64,000 nucleotides of DNA, taken from positions 8,476,133 to 8,540,132 of the forward strand of contig BDGG01000002.1 in NCBI GenBank assembly GCA_001949185.1, given 5' to 3'. The position numbers and the translations under genes are program-made. This document shows, one piece after another, positions 1-13,848 of the stretch. This DNA comes from Ramazzottius varieornatus. Taxonomy: Eukaryota > Animalia > Tardigrada. Each line of letters opens with the position of its first letter. Within the stretch, counting starts at the first letter, position 1. Under the pieces are notes generated by a model. The model did no database searches, was not told the origin of the DNA, and saw only the letters and a program-made list of their open reading frames with translations.

Positions 1-274
1 GGTACGCATTAGTGCGGGCAGTGCTGTTTCAATCACTACAATTGACAATTGATAATTGAGAATGGCCGAAAACGACGGTTTTGGAATTCCAGTGCGACAA
101 TTGAAATTGAGATTTCGAGGCCAAGACAAATTGAATATTGATCAGAATTGTAGTGGAACTTGGCGAAATTTAAAGGTGAGGGCTCCTCTCACCACCGACA
201 CCACCGATGGGCTCATCTCACCACTTCTTTAATTAAACGAAAGGTGGTGAGATGAACCAGAAAATTACGAGCTC

Positions 275-300
275 ACCACCACCACCACCACCACCACCAC
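275..300 (+). repeat. (CCA)n microsatellite next to a short hairpin (catctcaccac / gtggtgagatg)
   Basis: Read directly from the sequence. Confidence 0.8.
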
Positions 301-1549
301 GAAAGGGTGGCGCAGCCGCGCGAGTTGTTCTATACTACCAGGGCAGCGTTACCTTCATTACGCCGGACGACGCGGTGGCGTATTTGGTCCAATGGGCACC
401 GGGGCCACAACCGAACGCCGATTGCAGGGTCGTCCCGGTAGGGTAATGCGGTAGTCAAATTTTCGTCGTCAGCTTGGTTATCATCTAGATGATCGAAGGT
501 GCCATTTTTTGCTACGAAACGGGTCACTGTTCACACTTCGTAGTAAAAGCAGAATCGTTGTCTCTATTTCTAGATTTCCTTAGAATCCCGACTGTCATCG
601 AAGCTGTGGCTTTATTCGCATCACCAATTCACCATCCGTCTACACGTTTCTTCTTTACGCTGGCACGGCTAATTGGGCATTCGCATACGAGAATGTGTCC
701 AAGGTGATTTGCACGGAATGGGCCTTTTATTACATCAAATTGTTTGAAATATCGAGTCGTATCACAGGTTCAAGCTGATGCACTTTGGTGCGGTAGTAAA
801 GCACGAACAAATGGCAGAAAGATTCGGACTTGCCACTCGAAAAATACAGGGGTGTCACGAGTCATTGTTGCCATCAATAAGTCACCTCAGCCGAAGACGC
901 GCTCCTGGGTAAACCGTTGACGCCGTTGTTTTGATACCTATTTCGACTTGGTTTGGATACCTATGTCGACTTTGGTCTCCGGTGGACGGCGTCAGTGTCT
1001 TTCAGCAGAGTCGGTGCGTGTGCTTGTCTTCTGGATAATTCCCGCCTTCCCGTTTTATGCAGTTTTCGTGTGAGTTTAGTAAAACCCATTTCACCCTCGG
1101 TCGAAGCCTTCTCGCTGGATAAAAGCTAACGACCCTGGTAAGATGTTAGATGATATGACGCTTACCATCCAGAGCATATGGTAGCGTGACTTTATGAGTT
1201 CCAACGACAGGCAAACTGTGTAACGATTGATAGCGCATACGGCATGTAATTAACACTCCATAATAATTGTCAGCTGTTTGCCGCCCAGACCATCGCAATA
1301 AACGGCAACACTGAATAGCTGGAAGTAAACTGATGTTGTCACCAGTCAGTCCTATCTATATCTTCAGCAGCATCTCCTGTCCTACTTTCTCTTGACAAAT
1401 GCACCAAGCACGCCGACATGCCATTTTACAACACAAGCACTTCGATCAGACAAAACAGTCGGAAAGTTTGCCTTGTTGCGATCGGTTTTGCCTGTTGCCA
1501 CACCAATGCTGCAGCATCAGTTCAATTACCACCTAATCTGCTTACAGCG

Positions 1550-2077
1550 ATGCGTCTTCGTCTCTGCTCTTTGCGCACGGCGTGCTTCGTGGTGGCTTTC
1601 TACACCTTTGTAAGTCTGGCCATTAAGGTGAACGCGAAAGTAACAACATTATACACATGGATGAGTAGCACTACTATATTGACGTTGCAGTTCGTGGCTT
1701 TGCTGATGCTGGGATTTGGCTGCCACGACTATTACGTAGCGCCGGAATACCTTCTGTGGTTGCGGGTCGCTGGAGCTTTCACAGTCATCATCCTCTTCCT
1801 GGCTGGAAGCTGCCTTCTCCGTGCTATCTACCGGGTAAGGAAAGGTCTTGTGGTATCCTCCCATACCTACCAATCAACCTCGCTCTTCCAGAAGCTCGAC
1901 AAACGAAATGAATACGTACGTTTCGAAATGAAGTATGATAAAAAAACCCCCGGTATTTCATTGTAGAACTCCGGACAGCTGTTCTTGACATGGCTGGTTG
2001 TATACAGTTTGTATGTGGGATATCAAATCACGAACATCATCTGGAACTGCTACTATTACTACACCGACTATGATTCG
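1550..2077 (+). CDS. 5' exons of a small multi-pass membrane protein (LAPTM/DUF4728-like topology); 3' end not found
   Basis: In-phase GT-AG exons 1550-1609, 1691-1834, 1892-1915 and 1967-2077 give MRLRLCSLRTACFVVAFYTF-FVALLMLGFG...AGAFTVIILFLAGSCLLRAIYR-KLDKRNEY-NSGQLFLTWLVVYSLYVGYQITNIIW, with three hydrophobic helices. No downstream exon was identified. Confidence 0.6.
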
Positions 2078-5000
2078 GTAGGGTACTTTCCATCAATCAC
2101 TTAAAGTTCAGTAGGGATACTCACAACGGGCTGTGAAACGACAGGTTGATTGTGTTGATACCGAAAACGGACTAACAAATTTCACTTTCAAGATGAACAG
2201 TGCTGGGGTTGTTCATCTTGAAAACGAAAACGGACTATCTTCTGCATGCTCGACTCTCGGTTTCAAATTATCATTTTTAAGCAAATTTGTGTCTTTACTA
2301 GGAGCGACCCTAACGCAAAAATGATGTCTGTAGACTTGCGGTCTTTCCTCCTGCTTAGAGGCTCCTTATTTTTACAATGGGGAATTTTACTGATGTGACA
2401 CTGATAAGATTTGTCACTCATCAACACCTCGAACACGAAGCGATTTCATGCTTTCGAAATATCAGATGGGAATGTCACTTTCGCCTCATTTCGACTGGCT
2501 GAGGTCGACCAAAATTTAGGAACATGATGTACAGTGCGCCACCTACAGTACCAACTTAGAATGATCAACCTTCAAAATTTCTTGTTATCACTGCGTAGAC
2601 TTTTTACGAAACTAAACTTTTCGTTAGACACAAAAAGTTTTGAACTTTAGCTACGATATTTGTGGAAGTTCTGAACCAACCGAGAGCACGGCCGAAAGAA
2701 GATTTGCTGGCCACGACGAAATTTTATCAAAACGGAGAGAATTTCAGACAGTTTTGATAGCCACTGGCCAGTGACCGTTAGTTGCAGTTTGAAGTGAAAG
2801 TGAATCTTCAAGCAAACCTGATAAACATTGTGTAATTAAAGTAGGTCATCATGGGACAGACATCACTGGATGTTCAGTTCTACTGTCAACCCTGCCTTAA
2901 TCTTCTCACAAACACTTTTCTGAAGAGCAACAACTGATTCGCCATAAATACTGAAGGGACGCTGCCGTGACGCGTCAGCTCCGTTGCCTAATTAGTGCAC
3001 GACGTTTTGCATCCTGTTGAAGGATAGCTATTTTTAGACCTGGATATGGAAACCGGATGGTTTTTTATTATCCAGGCCTCATGTAATAAACGCGTTCACA
3101 TGCTCCGCAAATCAAAATTCCAGACATGCAGTTCCCTGGGCTTTTGTTTGACGTCACGCATCAAATTTTCCAGATCATTTTCCAATTTGGGAAACTGCCT
3201 GTCGCAAACGTGGACTTGACGAAGAACAAGGACACTAACAGCTTTACCTTCAGCTGACTCGCATGATATCCAATACGATTCACTTGCAAATCATTATTAA
3301 ATCTTTTGGTTTAAACTAGTTCTTGAGGTCAGGATAATCCGAAACTGCGAACGTGACATGCGAACATTATCACGTGACACGATGTTCGGACTACTCCGGG
3401 AGGGTGCGCGTCGGATTTAAAGCAGAAAGTTACCCTGGACGGCTCATCTCTGCGTGGTTTACTGTAGCTTTAGGTTCAGTCCGGTTTGGTCACATCCTCT
3501 TAGCAAGGTCGGAAATAACAAAAATTGAGATGACGTCCCGAAGATACCACCATCCTACTGAACTCAACACGATGCTTGACACCTCGGCCAAGGACCATTC
3601 TCGTCCCGAACATGTATGGCTCATTGGAAAGAGGGTTAGAGGTGAATAAAATGAATAGAGATAAATAAATAGAGGTGAGCACTGGGCAAAGCTTTTCAGT
3701 AAGGCGTGGCCAAATTGCTCAGTATGGAGCGGGCATGGAGAGAAAAGCAGTGTGTTTCGACCAAGCAAAATAGTTGTTAGAGTGGAACAGAGATGTGCTG
3801 ATTGGTTACAGTGTGGCTAGTTGTTCTTCTGAAAATGCGCACTCTATATGTCGTCATTAGGCCACGCCTTTCTGGGAAGCTTTGCCCTGTGCTCAGGTAA
3901 TTAGTGGTAAATAAGTACTCGGTAAAGTTAACCAGTTTAAGGAAAAGCAGGCTCTGAACAGGCACGAAGACTATCAACTTCATTTTTGCCGCTGGGCCGC
4001 TCATACTACACAGTGTGTCACATCGCGAGACAACACCGTTTCGCATGCGACATGAGCTTCTTGATAGCTATTCAGCGTCGAGGATGTCGGAACTTTCGGA
4101 ATACAGATATTAGCCAGAGAGAAAGGCAGGAGCTTCAGTCCTACAATCCTACCCCGCAAAACTCGCGCATTTCTGGTCCGGTTTCCGTGATTTACGAAGA
4201 ATTCAATTCCGCCTCAGCCATGACTAACTGCCGTTGATCAAGCAAATTTAGATTCTAAAACTGAGCAAGCAAATTTAAATTCAAATTCAACCGTTTGCGA
4301 CACAAGCAGCCCGGCGTGAGAAGGATTAATATCAAGATACGGAAGTTTGACTTGCAACTTTTCGAAGTAAACTTTTCAGAGGTTTTTCTTGACTTCAAAT
4401 TTGGAACTTTTTGATCCACAACTTCACCCGTGCTAGCAAGGTGCTTGAGCCATTTCATTGGTAGCTAATCCATACCGCAGCAGAAGCAGGATGGGGTAAC
4501 AGAAAAAATAAACTTTTTGAAGCCATTTTTATCGGCTCTTCCGAAAGAATCCTTGTTAGTCCCTGCAGGTGCCCTAATCTGGTGAAAGGTTTGTAATCTG
4601 CTGGCATCAGGTACCTGCTGCTAGAGTTCTTAAAGGGGGTGTCTATAGTTACTTCCTACGGTTTTGCGGAGGAATTCTCTGGAGAATGTAATCTGAAGCC
4701 GTCTTGCAACAGTAGTGACTTCGGCTGACTGAAAAATTCTCGCTGTTGCACACCAGACTTTTCCATCACTCATCCTGACTCCAGAGAGGCCTAGTCTACG
4801 ACCATCGGTTTGCTGGGTGCAGGAAACTGGAGCGGTGATAAGCGTGAGCTAGCAGCCACAATGTGACCATGGGCCTCATTTGCTGCCGCTTACGATTCGA
4901 AGTCTTCTGTTGTGATGCCGCTTTGTCTCCGCAATCCGCTTCTCGCTTGAAAACACCCTAAAGAGCCCACTTTTTATCCGCAGTGACGACCCAGCCTGAG

Positions 5001-7618
5001 ATCGGTTTTGCGTATTCGCCATCAGGAGAGGAACAAAGTGCAAATGCCCAGCAAGAATGCAGGGAAACATACGTACACCACAGTCGTGCAACAGTCGTGC
5101 CACAAATTGGGGAGGATCGGATTCGATGCACTCCTGCAGAGATTTATTGTCCACTTTCAATTTCTGTCTTCCGTAGAAGCGACTTTCGAACAGAAAGTCT
5201 TGAGAACGAAAACTTTCTATCCAGCCTTCTGCGAACTTTCTGTTAGCAGTTGTATCCCTGGACAGGAGGCTGGTTCGTTCGGAAGCGTGTGAGGCTTTGG
5301 TGAGCCGAAAAAGTTCCAACTCTGAAATGACTCGAAAACTCACTGCAGCAACGCCCCAATAAAATTAATTCTGCTGCCCTACGGATCCAGGAAACATGAT
5401 CGACTCAACCACGAACACGTGAAGGAGAGTTCGTGAAGTGATCAGAAATAGATTTCAGGACGGACAGACGAGGGAGCGCAGAGTTATGAATTTTCGGAGT
5501 GGAAAATGTATTCGAGTTGCAAGTCATACTTCCGCACCTCTTCCGTTTACTGCGAGTTATGGACACGGTATACGCGTCATGCTTTCCGAAATTAAAAAAT
5601 ATCATCGTGCAGGTACCCGAGCCGATCCGGATGTCGGTCAAATGCAACTTCATAGTTTTCTCCATCCTCCTTTGTTTCGACGTACGTGCTGCCGCCACTT
5701 AAACTAAAACTTGTAAGTTATGACTTCCACCGGACCATTCCAGTCACCCTCGATTGCTGTTGCAGATTTTGTCCATTTTCGTCGTGTACCGATACAAAAA
5801 CCAGACACGTATCGGAAGGACATGAAAAACACTGCCATGGGTTTCATGTAAAAGCAGCTACGGGTGTACTACCAACCTGCTGGCAGGGGCGTTGTCGACC
5901 TGCCCTCCAGCTGACACGATCCGTTTCATCATAGTAGCTTAATACTGGAGTGCTCCTGATTCGACGCGCACCCAACCACTAGAACAATCATCAATGCCCA
6001 GTATAATCAGATCTGACTCCTACCCGGCTGTTATGTACTGCTCACGTGGTTGGGTGCACCAGCGGTGCCACGGCGTGATAGACTTTGCGGAAGAGAATTT
6101 TTCTCCCACAAATGGCATTTTCATGACCATCGGCTCCTAAACGGGTCGGTCGGATCCGGGCAATTCGAACTTATACATGTAAAACTTGATGAGTGCAACG
6201 TACGTACAACGATCGAGCATCGGTTCGACTCGTGACGTCAGAGTCATGATTGCCGTTCCATAAGTATTTTCCGCAAAGTCCATCACGCAGCGGCACTGCT
6301 GGATGCGCATTAAACTACTGTAGGAGAACTTCAGTACTCCCTTTTCACCCCGCATTATGCGTAGAGCCGAACGACATCTTAGGACGGGAAAGATGCGGTC
6401 ACGTTTTACATTTACAAACATTCATCCCCACCCCGTAGTCACGTGACGCGAGTTACCGTCGATTAACACTGTAAGCCTCGGGCCGTCATTGTTCCCTTTC
6501 GCTATGCTGTAAGACCACGTGACCATGGCTGGCGATGCCTTTTCGTGCACTGCATAAGCTCGCAAGCCTGTTACAGCTTGCAATCTCCAGGTACAGTGAA
6601 CTGTAGTGACTGTGCTATGACCCTGCGCCATCGAACGTACCTCGTCTCGACTGCAGTTACGAAGCTCCCGAACCTGAGCCGAGTGGACCTACGAAGCAAT
6701 AACTGCGACCACAGATGGCGACCACCAGCAAGTGGCAAATACGATCTTACATGTTTTACTACAATGCACTACCGTATGCCAACCGTACGCCAACCGTACA
6801 GTCTCAAAATTTTGATTGTATATTGTGTCCACTGTAGTATTGCACTTGCATGTAGGGTTATTAGAGTTAATTTTACACCAGCTGGTGTGACAGTTAGGTG
6901 ATCAATGCGCTAATCAGCCCTCAAAACCGGATGGATGGCATGCCCTGAACTATGTTTGCAACTTGATGCCGCCGCGCCGCATAAAACTATATTGTCTGTT
7001 GTTACACGGTATCAATCACAAAGCCCTCGTATTGCTGGTTAGCCCGATCGATAAATAGGGTAAAAAAAAGATCATAAAATAGCCTGAAACCTAACTGGTT
7101 TCAGGCCAGATACCTTCCGCCACCGCAGTATGCGCTTGGATGGTTGCAGACCTGACGCAGGTCTGATTATGAAACAGTGTTTCAGCTTAGTTTCTGGTCG
7201 GCCAAACCTGAGGACCTTCGCACGTCTGCTAAAACTCATGAACCATGACAAAAGTCAGGAACTCTGAAAATAATCGAGGGATGCCCTTGAGCCCTGACGA
7301 CCCTGGGAGAACACGCCCCCAAGGGGTCACGTTTCTGTACAAGGTTGGACCCCCAGCGAACGTTTTACTTGTAAAACGACACCGAACACGACCCTCCATC
7401 TGAAACAAGTACAGAGCAGACATCTCACGTAACCATAGAAGCTCGCACCTGAGCGGATCTAGAAAGAGGAACAGAGAACAACCCAGAAGACGGTTAGGCG
7501 TTAGAGCACTATTGGAAACCGGGCAAGAGTGCTCACTCCAACCGAGGCGACGTCGTCCAGCTTCATCGCTTGCGTAGACGCCGTTTTCTTCTGCACATCA
7601 CCTGTAAGGAGGAGCATA

Positions 7619-8170
7619 GGCGGCCGGAACGGCAAAAATGAGGTTGGTAGTCTTCGAGCCTGTTCAGACCTTGCTTATTTTTAGACTGGGGAAATTTATC
7701 AATGTTACATCGATAAAATTTGCCAGTCTGAAAATAAGCAGACTCTGAACAGGGTCGCAGACAGGTTCCCATTTCGAATTCTCGCATCTGTGTTCAAAGG
7801 GCTGATAAACTGCAGGTGCGCACTTTGACGACATCCATCTGCGTACTGCCCCGCGACGCGCACCTGCAAGTCATACACTTGTGTAGAATTGTAATCAGGC
7901 TCGACGTGCAGTTTTTTAATTTGGTCAAAATTACAAAACTGCTTGTCGAGCCTGTTTAGAGCCTGCCTTTCTTAAGACTGGTGGATTTTACTAGTCACGG
8001 ACTAGTCGAATTCCAAATGGGAGCCTGTCTGCGATTATGTTCAGAGTCTGCTTATTTTCAGACTGGCAAATTTTATCGATGTAAAATTGATAAATTTCCC
8101 CAGTCTAAAAATAAGCAAGGTCTGAACAGGCTCGAAGACTACCAACCTCATTTTTGCCGTTCCGGCCGCC
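7619..8170. mobile_element. MITE with ~160-bp near-perfect terminal inverted repeats and a 2-bp TSD (TA or AT)
   Basis: ggcggccggaacggcaaaaatgagg... at 7619 is the reverse complement of ...cctcatttttgccgttccggccgcc ending at 8170. This explains the mirror-image ORFs 7563-7787(-) and 7981-8175(+). Confidence 0.92.
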
Positions 8171-8637
8171 TATAAAAGAGGAGGTTGCAGAGGGAATCAT
8201 AAAAAATGTGTGGCTCCTCAAGAACAGCCGCATGAGTGGTATTTGGCAGACGAAAACAAAACCCAACCAAGACGAACATGCTCACCGAAGTGGCCCAGTA
8301 TAGAGATGTCAGCCCTCCGCTGCTTTCATCCCAACACCGTCTTCGAGAATCCAGTGACCTCATACCTCCAGAAAGTCCCCGTCATGATTCAAACCATGCA
8401 GAACAGGCAAAAAGACAGATTTGGTTACGGAAGAAGAAGATAACAGCCTCAACCAGACCGAAAATACATTATTTAGAGATGCCGTGCGGAACACGGCCAA
8501 ATTTGAAAAGCAGGTCGCAAGAAAAACAACGAAAATCATCGAAGTTGGCCCAAGCGGCCATAGCGCACCATGTAACATGATGCGCAGTCCCCTACTCCTC
8601 TAGCCGGTCCCCTGTACCGCTCGCCGGAAGAGTTTTT

Positions 8638-9074
8638 GGGGCGTATAGTAAGGCTGTTCGGGCCGTGAAGAGCGGGCCCAATACTTGGCCGCGCCTCTTG
8701 AGCGCGCTATTCGTTCGAATCATTGAGGAATAATCTTGCATAAGCTGCACGTACAGCTGCAGAAAGGCATGCGAACTGTACGGAAATTTGAAGCCCAAGC
8801 TGCGTAAAACATGACGGTCAGATGGTACTGTTTTGTATGCCAAAAGCGAGATGACTACGGATGTGACAGCAGAAAATGGGACACAAACGAGTGCAACACT
8901 CGGTAAATTACAGTTTCCGGCGTTCTGATGGAATAATGTGCTGCGTTTCGGCACTTGTGCGTGCAATTAATTCACTACTGGTCCTCAATGACTCGATGAA
9001 AAAGCGCGCTCAAGAGGCGTGGCCAAGTTTCAGGCCCCTCAACACGGCCCAATCACAGCCTTGCTATGCGCTAC
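8638..9074. mobile_element. degenerate MITE with ~90-bp imperfect TIRs
   Basis: gcgtatagtaaggctg...cttggccgcgcctcttgagcgcgct...tcattgagga is mirrored by tcctcaatga...agcgcgctcaagaggcgtggccaag...cagccttgctatgcgc. No clear TSD. Confidence 0.75.
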
Positions 9075-9385
9075 GAAAGATTTTCTGACGCCTCGAATTT
9101 TCGAGCTCTACCACTAGGACATGCTAAAGCAGGAAAGTGTTGGATGATGTTGAGCCTGTTGACACTACTACAGTGATGGCATTTATAGCACAGTGACAGC
9201 GCGTAAAGTCGTTTGCGATGCATGCTCGGACCCGAATACTTGATTGCATCTGTTTACATTAGTTTTCGGCCAATATACGTTGTGTCGAGATAAAATATCT
9301 CTCGTAGAAAGATAGTCCAGCGTGTTCTACTATACGATCGCCATCATAAACGTTTCTTTGTGGAATCAATTTATCCATATATCCG

Positions 9386-10369
9386 TTAAAGTTTGGAAAA
9401 GCTTGATGCTCGAGACAGTCCTGCAGATGTCTTCTTCCTGTACAGGCGTAGAAAAGCGCGGCGCATATCGGCACCGGCAAACCCGAACACGATGGGATTC
9501 AGCACCGAGAGCGCTTAACTAGTCCAATAGATTAGCGCCAGGAAGAGGGGGTACGTGTCATGGGTTATGTGCTGCAGCACCTCACAGACCACCCACGGCA
9601 GCCAGGCGGTCACACATGCGCAAAACAGCACCGTCAGAACGAGGAAGGCTTGCCGGTCTTTCTGCCAGCGACACCGTCGGGCCAGTATGTCAGTTGCTCG
9701 GACTCCGCGCGTTCGATAGGAGTGGCCAATGTGGTGGACAAGGACGAGGTAGGATACGACAATGACGACAATTGGCGTGAAGATGTCCACCACGAAGATG
9801 ACGAAAGAGTTGGCCCAGGGAGGCGCCTCTGCATTGTCTCACAGACAAGTGCGGTTGATGGACTGATTGGCAAAGTGTGTTCGAGTATAAATGAAGCCCG
9901 GTAACATGGAGGCGTACGTGACAAACCATCCGCTGATAATGATAACATATGACTTTTTCAGCGTGTTGTGTAGACGGTAGGACAGCGGCCAAACAACGGC
10001 CCAAAGACAGTCGACAAGCACACCGACAAGGCCCCACAGACGGATAATGTCCACGCAGTAGTCGAACCACATCCAGATGGTACAGTGAGTGTCGCTGAGC
10101 GGCCAGTAGCCGTAATAAGTGAAGACGGCATAGTATGGCAAGTCGATGGCACCTGTCAGGAAGTCGTGGACGGCAATATCTAACAGGTAATAGTTGAAGG
10201 GGCTCCGTAGACGGGGGCTTGCCATGAATAGCAGAATAACCAATAGATTCGTCACGATCGTTATCAATGTCAGAAGACCAATGAGAACCATCACCCATAG
10301 CGGAGCGTGACTTTCAGGTTGCCAGATCGGCAGACTAAGGTCTGAATCGTTGACGAAGACCATAATCAT
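9386..10369 (-). pseudogene. intronless rhodopsin-family (class A, aminergic-like) GPCR pseudogene
   Basis: One 327-codon frame with seven TM segments: TNLLV (TM1), D in TM2, YWPL..C (ECL1/TM3), W in TM4, AWLPW (TM6), LNPIVFG (TM7). In-frame TGA at 9839-9841 and TAA at 9515-9517; the DRY-position motif reads DCL. Confidence 0.88.
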
Positions 10370-10852
10370 TCACCAGAATATTAGAATTCAGACTGAATAT
10401 ACCGCTCTTCGGGTTGCGGAAAATTCTGGACTAAAAGCCGTAAGAAGTAGCATCATCTGTTACGGGGCTGCAACGAGGAAATAGGTTAGGACAGTGAAAA
10501 TCATGCAGGAGATTCGAGAAACTGCGCAACAAAAATAGCTGGCGGCTCAGCGCCGACGGATGCAACTTTTGCTGTTTAATGCCCGGGTCTACCGATGGGA
10601 TCGCTCGTTGTTTCAGGATTGACGAACGAGTGCAGTGAAACGGCATTTGAAGCCGCATCGTAAAACAAAAACACACCGTTCTGCATGTTTACATCTGGCT
10701 TCCAACACAGCTGGTCCTGTACAGCAGCCACTTCGCAATCGACCGGCAAGCACCAAGATTTTATAGATCCCGCCAGACAGATTCTCCGACTCTATCGGCT
10801 TTTTCTTTTCGCTAAGGGGTTTGGTTTCGATGACGGTGGCTGGTGTCGACGT

Positions 10853-11030
10853 CAGTGCTCTCAAAAGTACGATATACCGATATCGCAGACAACACATAGA
10901 TATCGATACTACACGATCGAAAAAATATCGATATCGAAACACCGATATCAGAAAATATCGGAACATTCGATACGATGTCGACCAATATCGCATCGAAAAA
11001 CCGAAAAATTCAAAGAATATCCCTAGTCAG
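10853..11030 (+). repeat. CGATA/TATCG-rich array behind a CAGTGCTC terminus, probably the truncated end of a hAT-like element
   Basis: Many cgata/gatatcg units in both orientations; no matching second terminus found nearby. Confidence 0.55.
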
Positions 11031-13848
11031 ACGAAAACCGCTTTTCGAATAGGGCTCACGTCTCAAAAAATAGAAATTAAGTTCCACTTTCACGGAACAT
11101 TCGTAAACTGTTTGAAGATCTTACTCAAGAAAGGACAAGCTTGCGATTAACTTTACGCCCGTCGCCATGCTGAAAATTGGTACACGAACAACGAGAAATT
11201 ATGGGCCAGTTAAAATTTTGGCCAAGGCTTTTCGCTACGGCGTTGCGGAGGCATGTACGTACGCGACTCATCCGCACTAAGGTACTTTCTGTCACTTTTC
11301 TACGGTTGGATTTCTGTTGCTCGCCTTTTATTTCGTACTAAATTGTGTACACGGAGGGAGAGGAAGTTTGGGCCAGTAAAAAGTTTGGAGGAGTAAAAAG
11401 TTTGGAACAGGCGGAAAAGACGGCAAATTGAAAATTCAATCGTAGAAAACTGTCAAAAAATGCATTGGTGTGAATTGCACATGTACGTAGGAACTTCGTT
11501 CCGCTGTTTCGGAATGGCCCGTTCCAATCTTTTTGTTTTTCCAAACTTTCCCTTCGTGCGTGTATCAATTTTCGCATAGGCACAGCGCAGACGCGGAAAG
11601 GATAACCGGAAAACCATGGAAGCATGGCTCCCGGTAACCACCGTACCCGCAAATGGGAGAGTGATCGGAATCGAAACAGGGAAGCATGAGGCTTGTCGAT
11701 AGACCCAAAGTTTTTCCGCTTCGGTGGCTTCGGCCAAGCGAAAGCTACCTGGTGCGTTGGGTCTTCACTGTCTGACGATCCCCTTGTGAGAGTCGTCTCT
11801 GACAACTAAGTCACGAAATTCCCCTCCCTAAAACCTCGCGGAAAAATCAACCAAACTCGTTCTCGATGGGTGTCAGTGGTTTTTTCTGGATGTGCGTTCA
11901 TCTCATAAAGACTTTTCTTACTGGTTGACAATAACTCAAGTGGGTTTGTACCGTGACATCAGTGAGTGCCAATAATATCTTCGGGCTTTACTGGATGACA
12001 ATGTTTTGTCATACCGAATTGCTAATGTAGCTTTAGCAGTGTGAAGGCGGGCTGCCCTTAACAGCTCCCAAGGAGTTCGCATCAGTCAGCGATCAAGGAA
12101 GCAATATGACTAACTTTGGAGATCAACTATCCGCAGAACTGACTACCCAGAGGAGAGTTTTGCACGATGATCAACCAGCCGTAATATTAACTGATCGATA
12201 CATCCTTCCATGAAGTTCATTAAGATAACACCCAACGGCACTTGCGAAAACCTTTGCAGAGCTTCTCAAGTGAGCTTCAGTCTCGAATAACATTGTTCAA
12301 GGACGTCACGACCATCAAAAATGCGTTGAAAGTCACGGACATGACCAGGGAGGCAAGGATTTGCCATTACAGAAGTCTAACGAGGGGGGGGGGTCCAGGG
12401 CGTGGCCGAATTTTGGTGGTCACCTGCGCTCGACCACTTGACCAATCGTCATCAGAACGGAATTTCTACCATTCTGTCAACGCAGGTTGATTGACCGTCC
12501 TTTACGAGGCATGGTAAAAGTTTGCTCATCAACCCTGAACCACTCAGTGCGACCCCGGACAAAATCTTGGCTCTTACATGCACCGGTAATCGGGTAGGAC
12601 ATCCCGGTTAGGCGGGGAGACCATTAACAGGTGCAAGCAAGACATCATATACACTGAACAAGGTAAGATTCGATCTTGCCTGGGTTTTTAGAGGGTGGTC
12701 CAGGGAGAGGTCCACGTGCGCAAAGCAAGCTGTGCTTTCACGAAGTGATAGTTCATTTTCATTTTCAACGAACGTTGTAACTTCCAGCTCAGATTTATTT
12801 TTCGTTTCCGAGTCTTCTTGAATCGTTTCCGTGCTGCAGCATCTTCTTTTGGGTCAACACCTATCACGTCATGGACTGCATGTCTCTCGAGGCAAAGGAT
12901 TCTGATTTCGGTACTTACCATAGTAGCCAGATGCGCAACTTCTTGCGATCGTGGACCAGTTGTGGTAAGTCAAATTAATTTGAATCATTGTGTTTACTCT
13001 CTCGTTAGCTCCGTATATTCCCCGATGCTTATCAAGTTTGCTGACAAATAACTACTATTTTCAGACTCCGGCTGCCTTGACCGAACATCAGAACTCGCGG
13101 ATTCCTCGGATTTCTTGGATCGATGCTGTTTCTCAGCTGCGCAAACCTTTTCTTCTTAGATCTTCCAATATCTTGGCATTTTGTCTTCTAGTTGGATCCT
13201 AGAAAGTATCCCAAGCTGTTATGTACTGTTCAACGATCTTATTAAAGCTTCATTCTTGATCTCATGATTACGCAACCTTGCATCTTTTTGAATTTTTGCA
13301 TCTTTCCGAAGTTCTTTCCCCTTGTCGCGTACCAAATTAATAAAATATTTCGACGATTTATCACCATGTAGACACATACCCTAAATAGGCATGGACGAGC
13401 TCCACGGTGCACGGCCTCGTGGGTCGTCACTGGTACTATGGACCACCCTGTGGGTTCTCGATGCATTTACCCTAGACACACCTATGGAACAATCTGCCAA
13501 GCTTTCAATGCTTGAGATTTCCGACCCTGGGTGGATACATGGATGAGCACGGCGTCCATCCCTGCATCCATGTATAAAACTTGGGAATAATATCGCATTG
13601 TATACAATCCATCTGTGCTGGAAACTTTTTTTCCCGTTCACGGCAGGGCCCGAACAAACTGCATGACAAATCCAAATGTCCGAGCAGAAGACGGCTATCC
13701 CCGTCGTCTGCAGTCCGTATCCCCAGAAAGAACAGTAACTTATCTGATAGTGTAGAAAGTTAGGAACTGATCGTTATATCGGTGGGGAAGATGCAGTTCA
13801 CGGGTAGACCAAAGAGCGTCAAGCTTTGTACCGTACGGTAATACGGAC

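Noticed and set aside
2105-3564. Possible element bounded by agttcagtagg / cctactgaact
   Set aside because: Only an 11-bp match with an imperfect TSD (taa/caa); it could be chance.
7563-8175. Two nearly identical ORFs on opposite strands (a duplicated gene?)
   Set aside because: They are the two arms of a MITE. The same applies to ORFs 55142-55414 and 55347-55886.
9515-9841. Stop-codon readthrough, selenocysteine or an alternative genetic code in the GPCR
   Set aside because: The two stops are different codons (TGA and TAA), a DRY lesion accompanies them, and neighbouring genes use standard stops; pseudogenisation is simpler.
10821-11150. Arg/Tyr/Ile-rich ORFs and a CRISPR-like look of the cgata repeats
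   Set aside because: Irregular short motifs without constant repeat-spacer periodicity; these resemble transposon subterminal repeats, and no cas genes are present.
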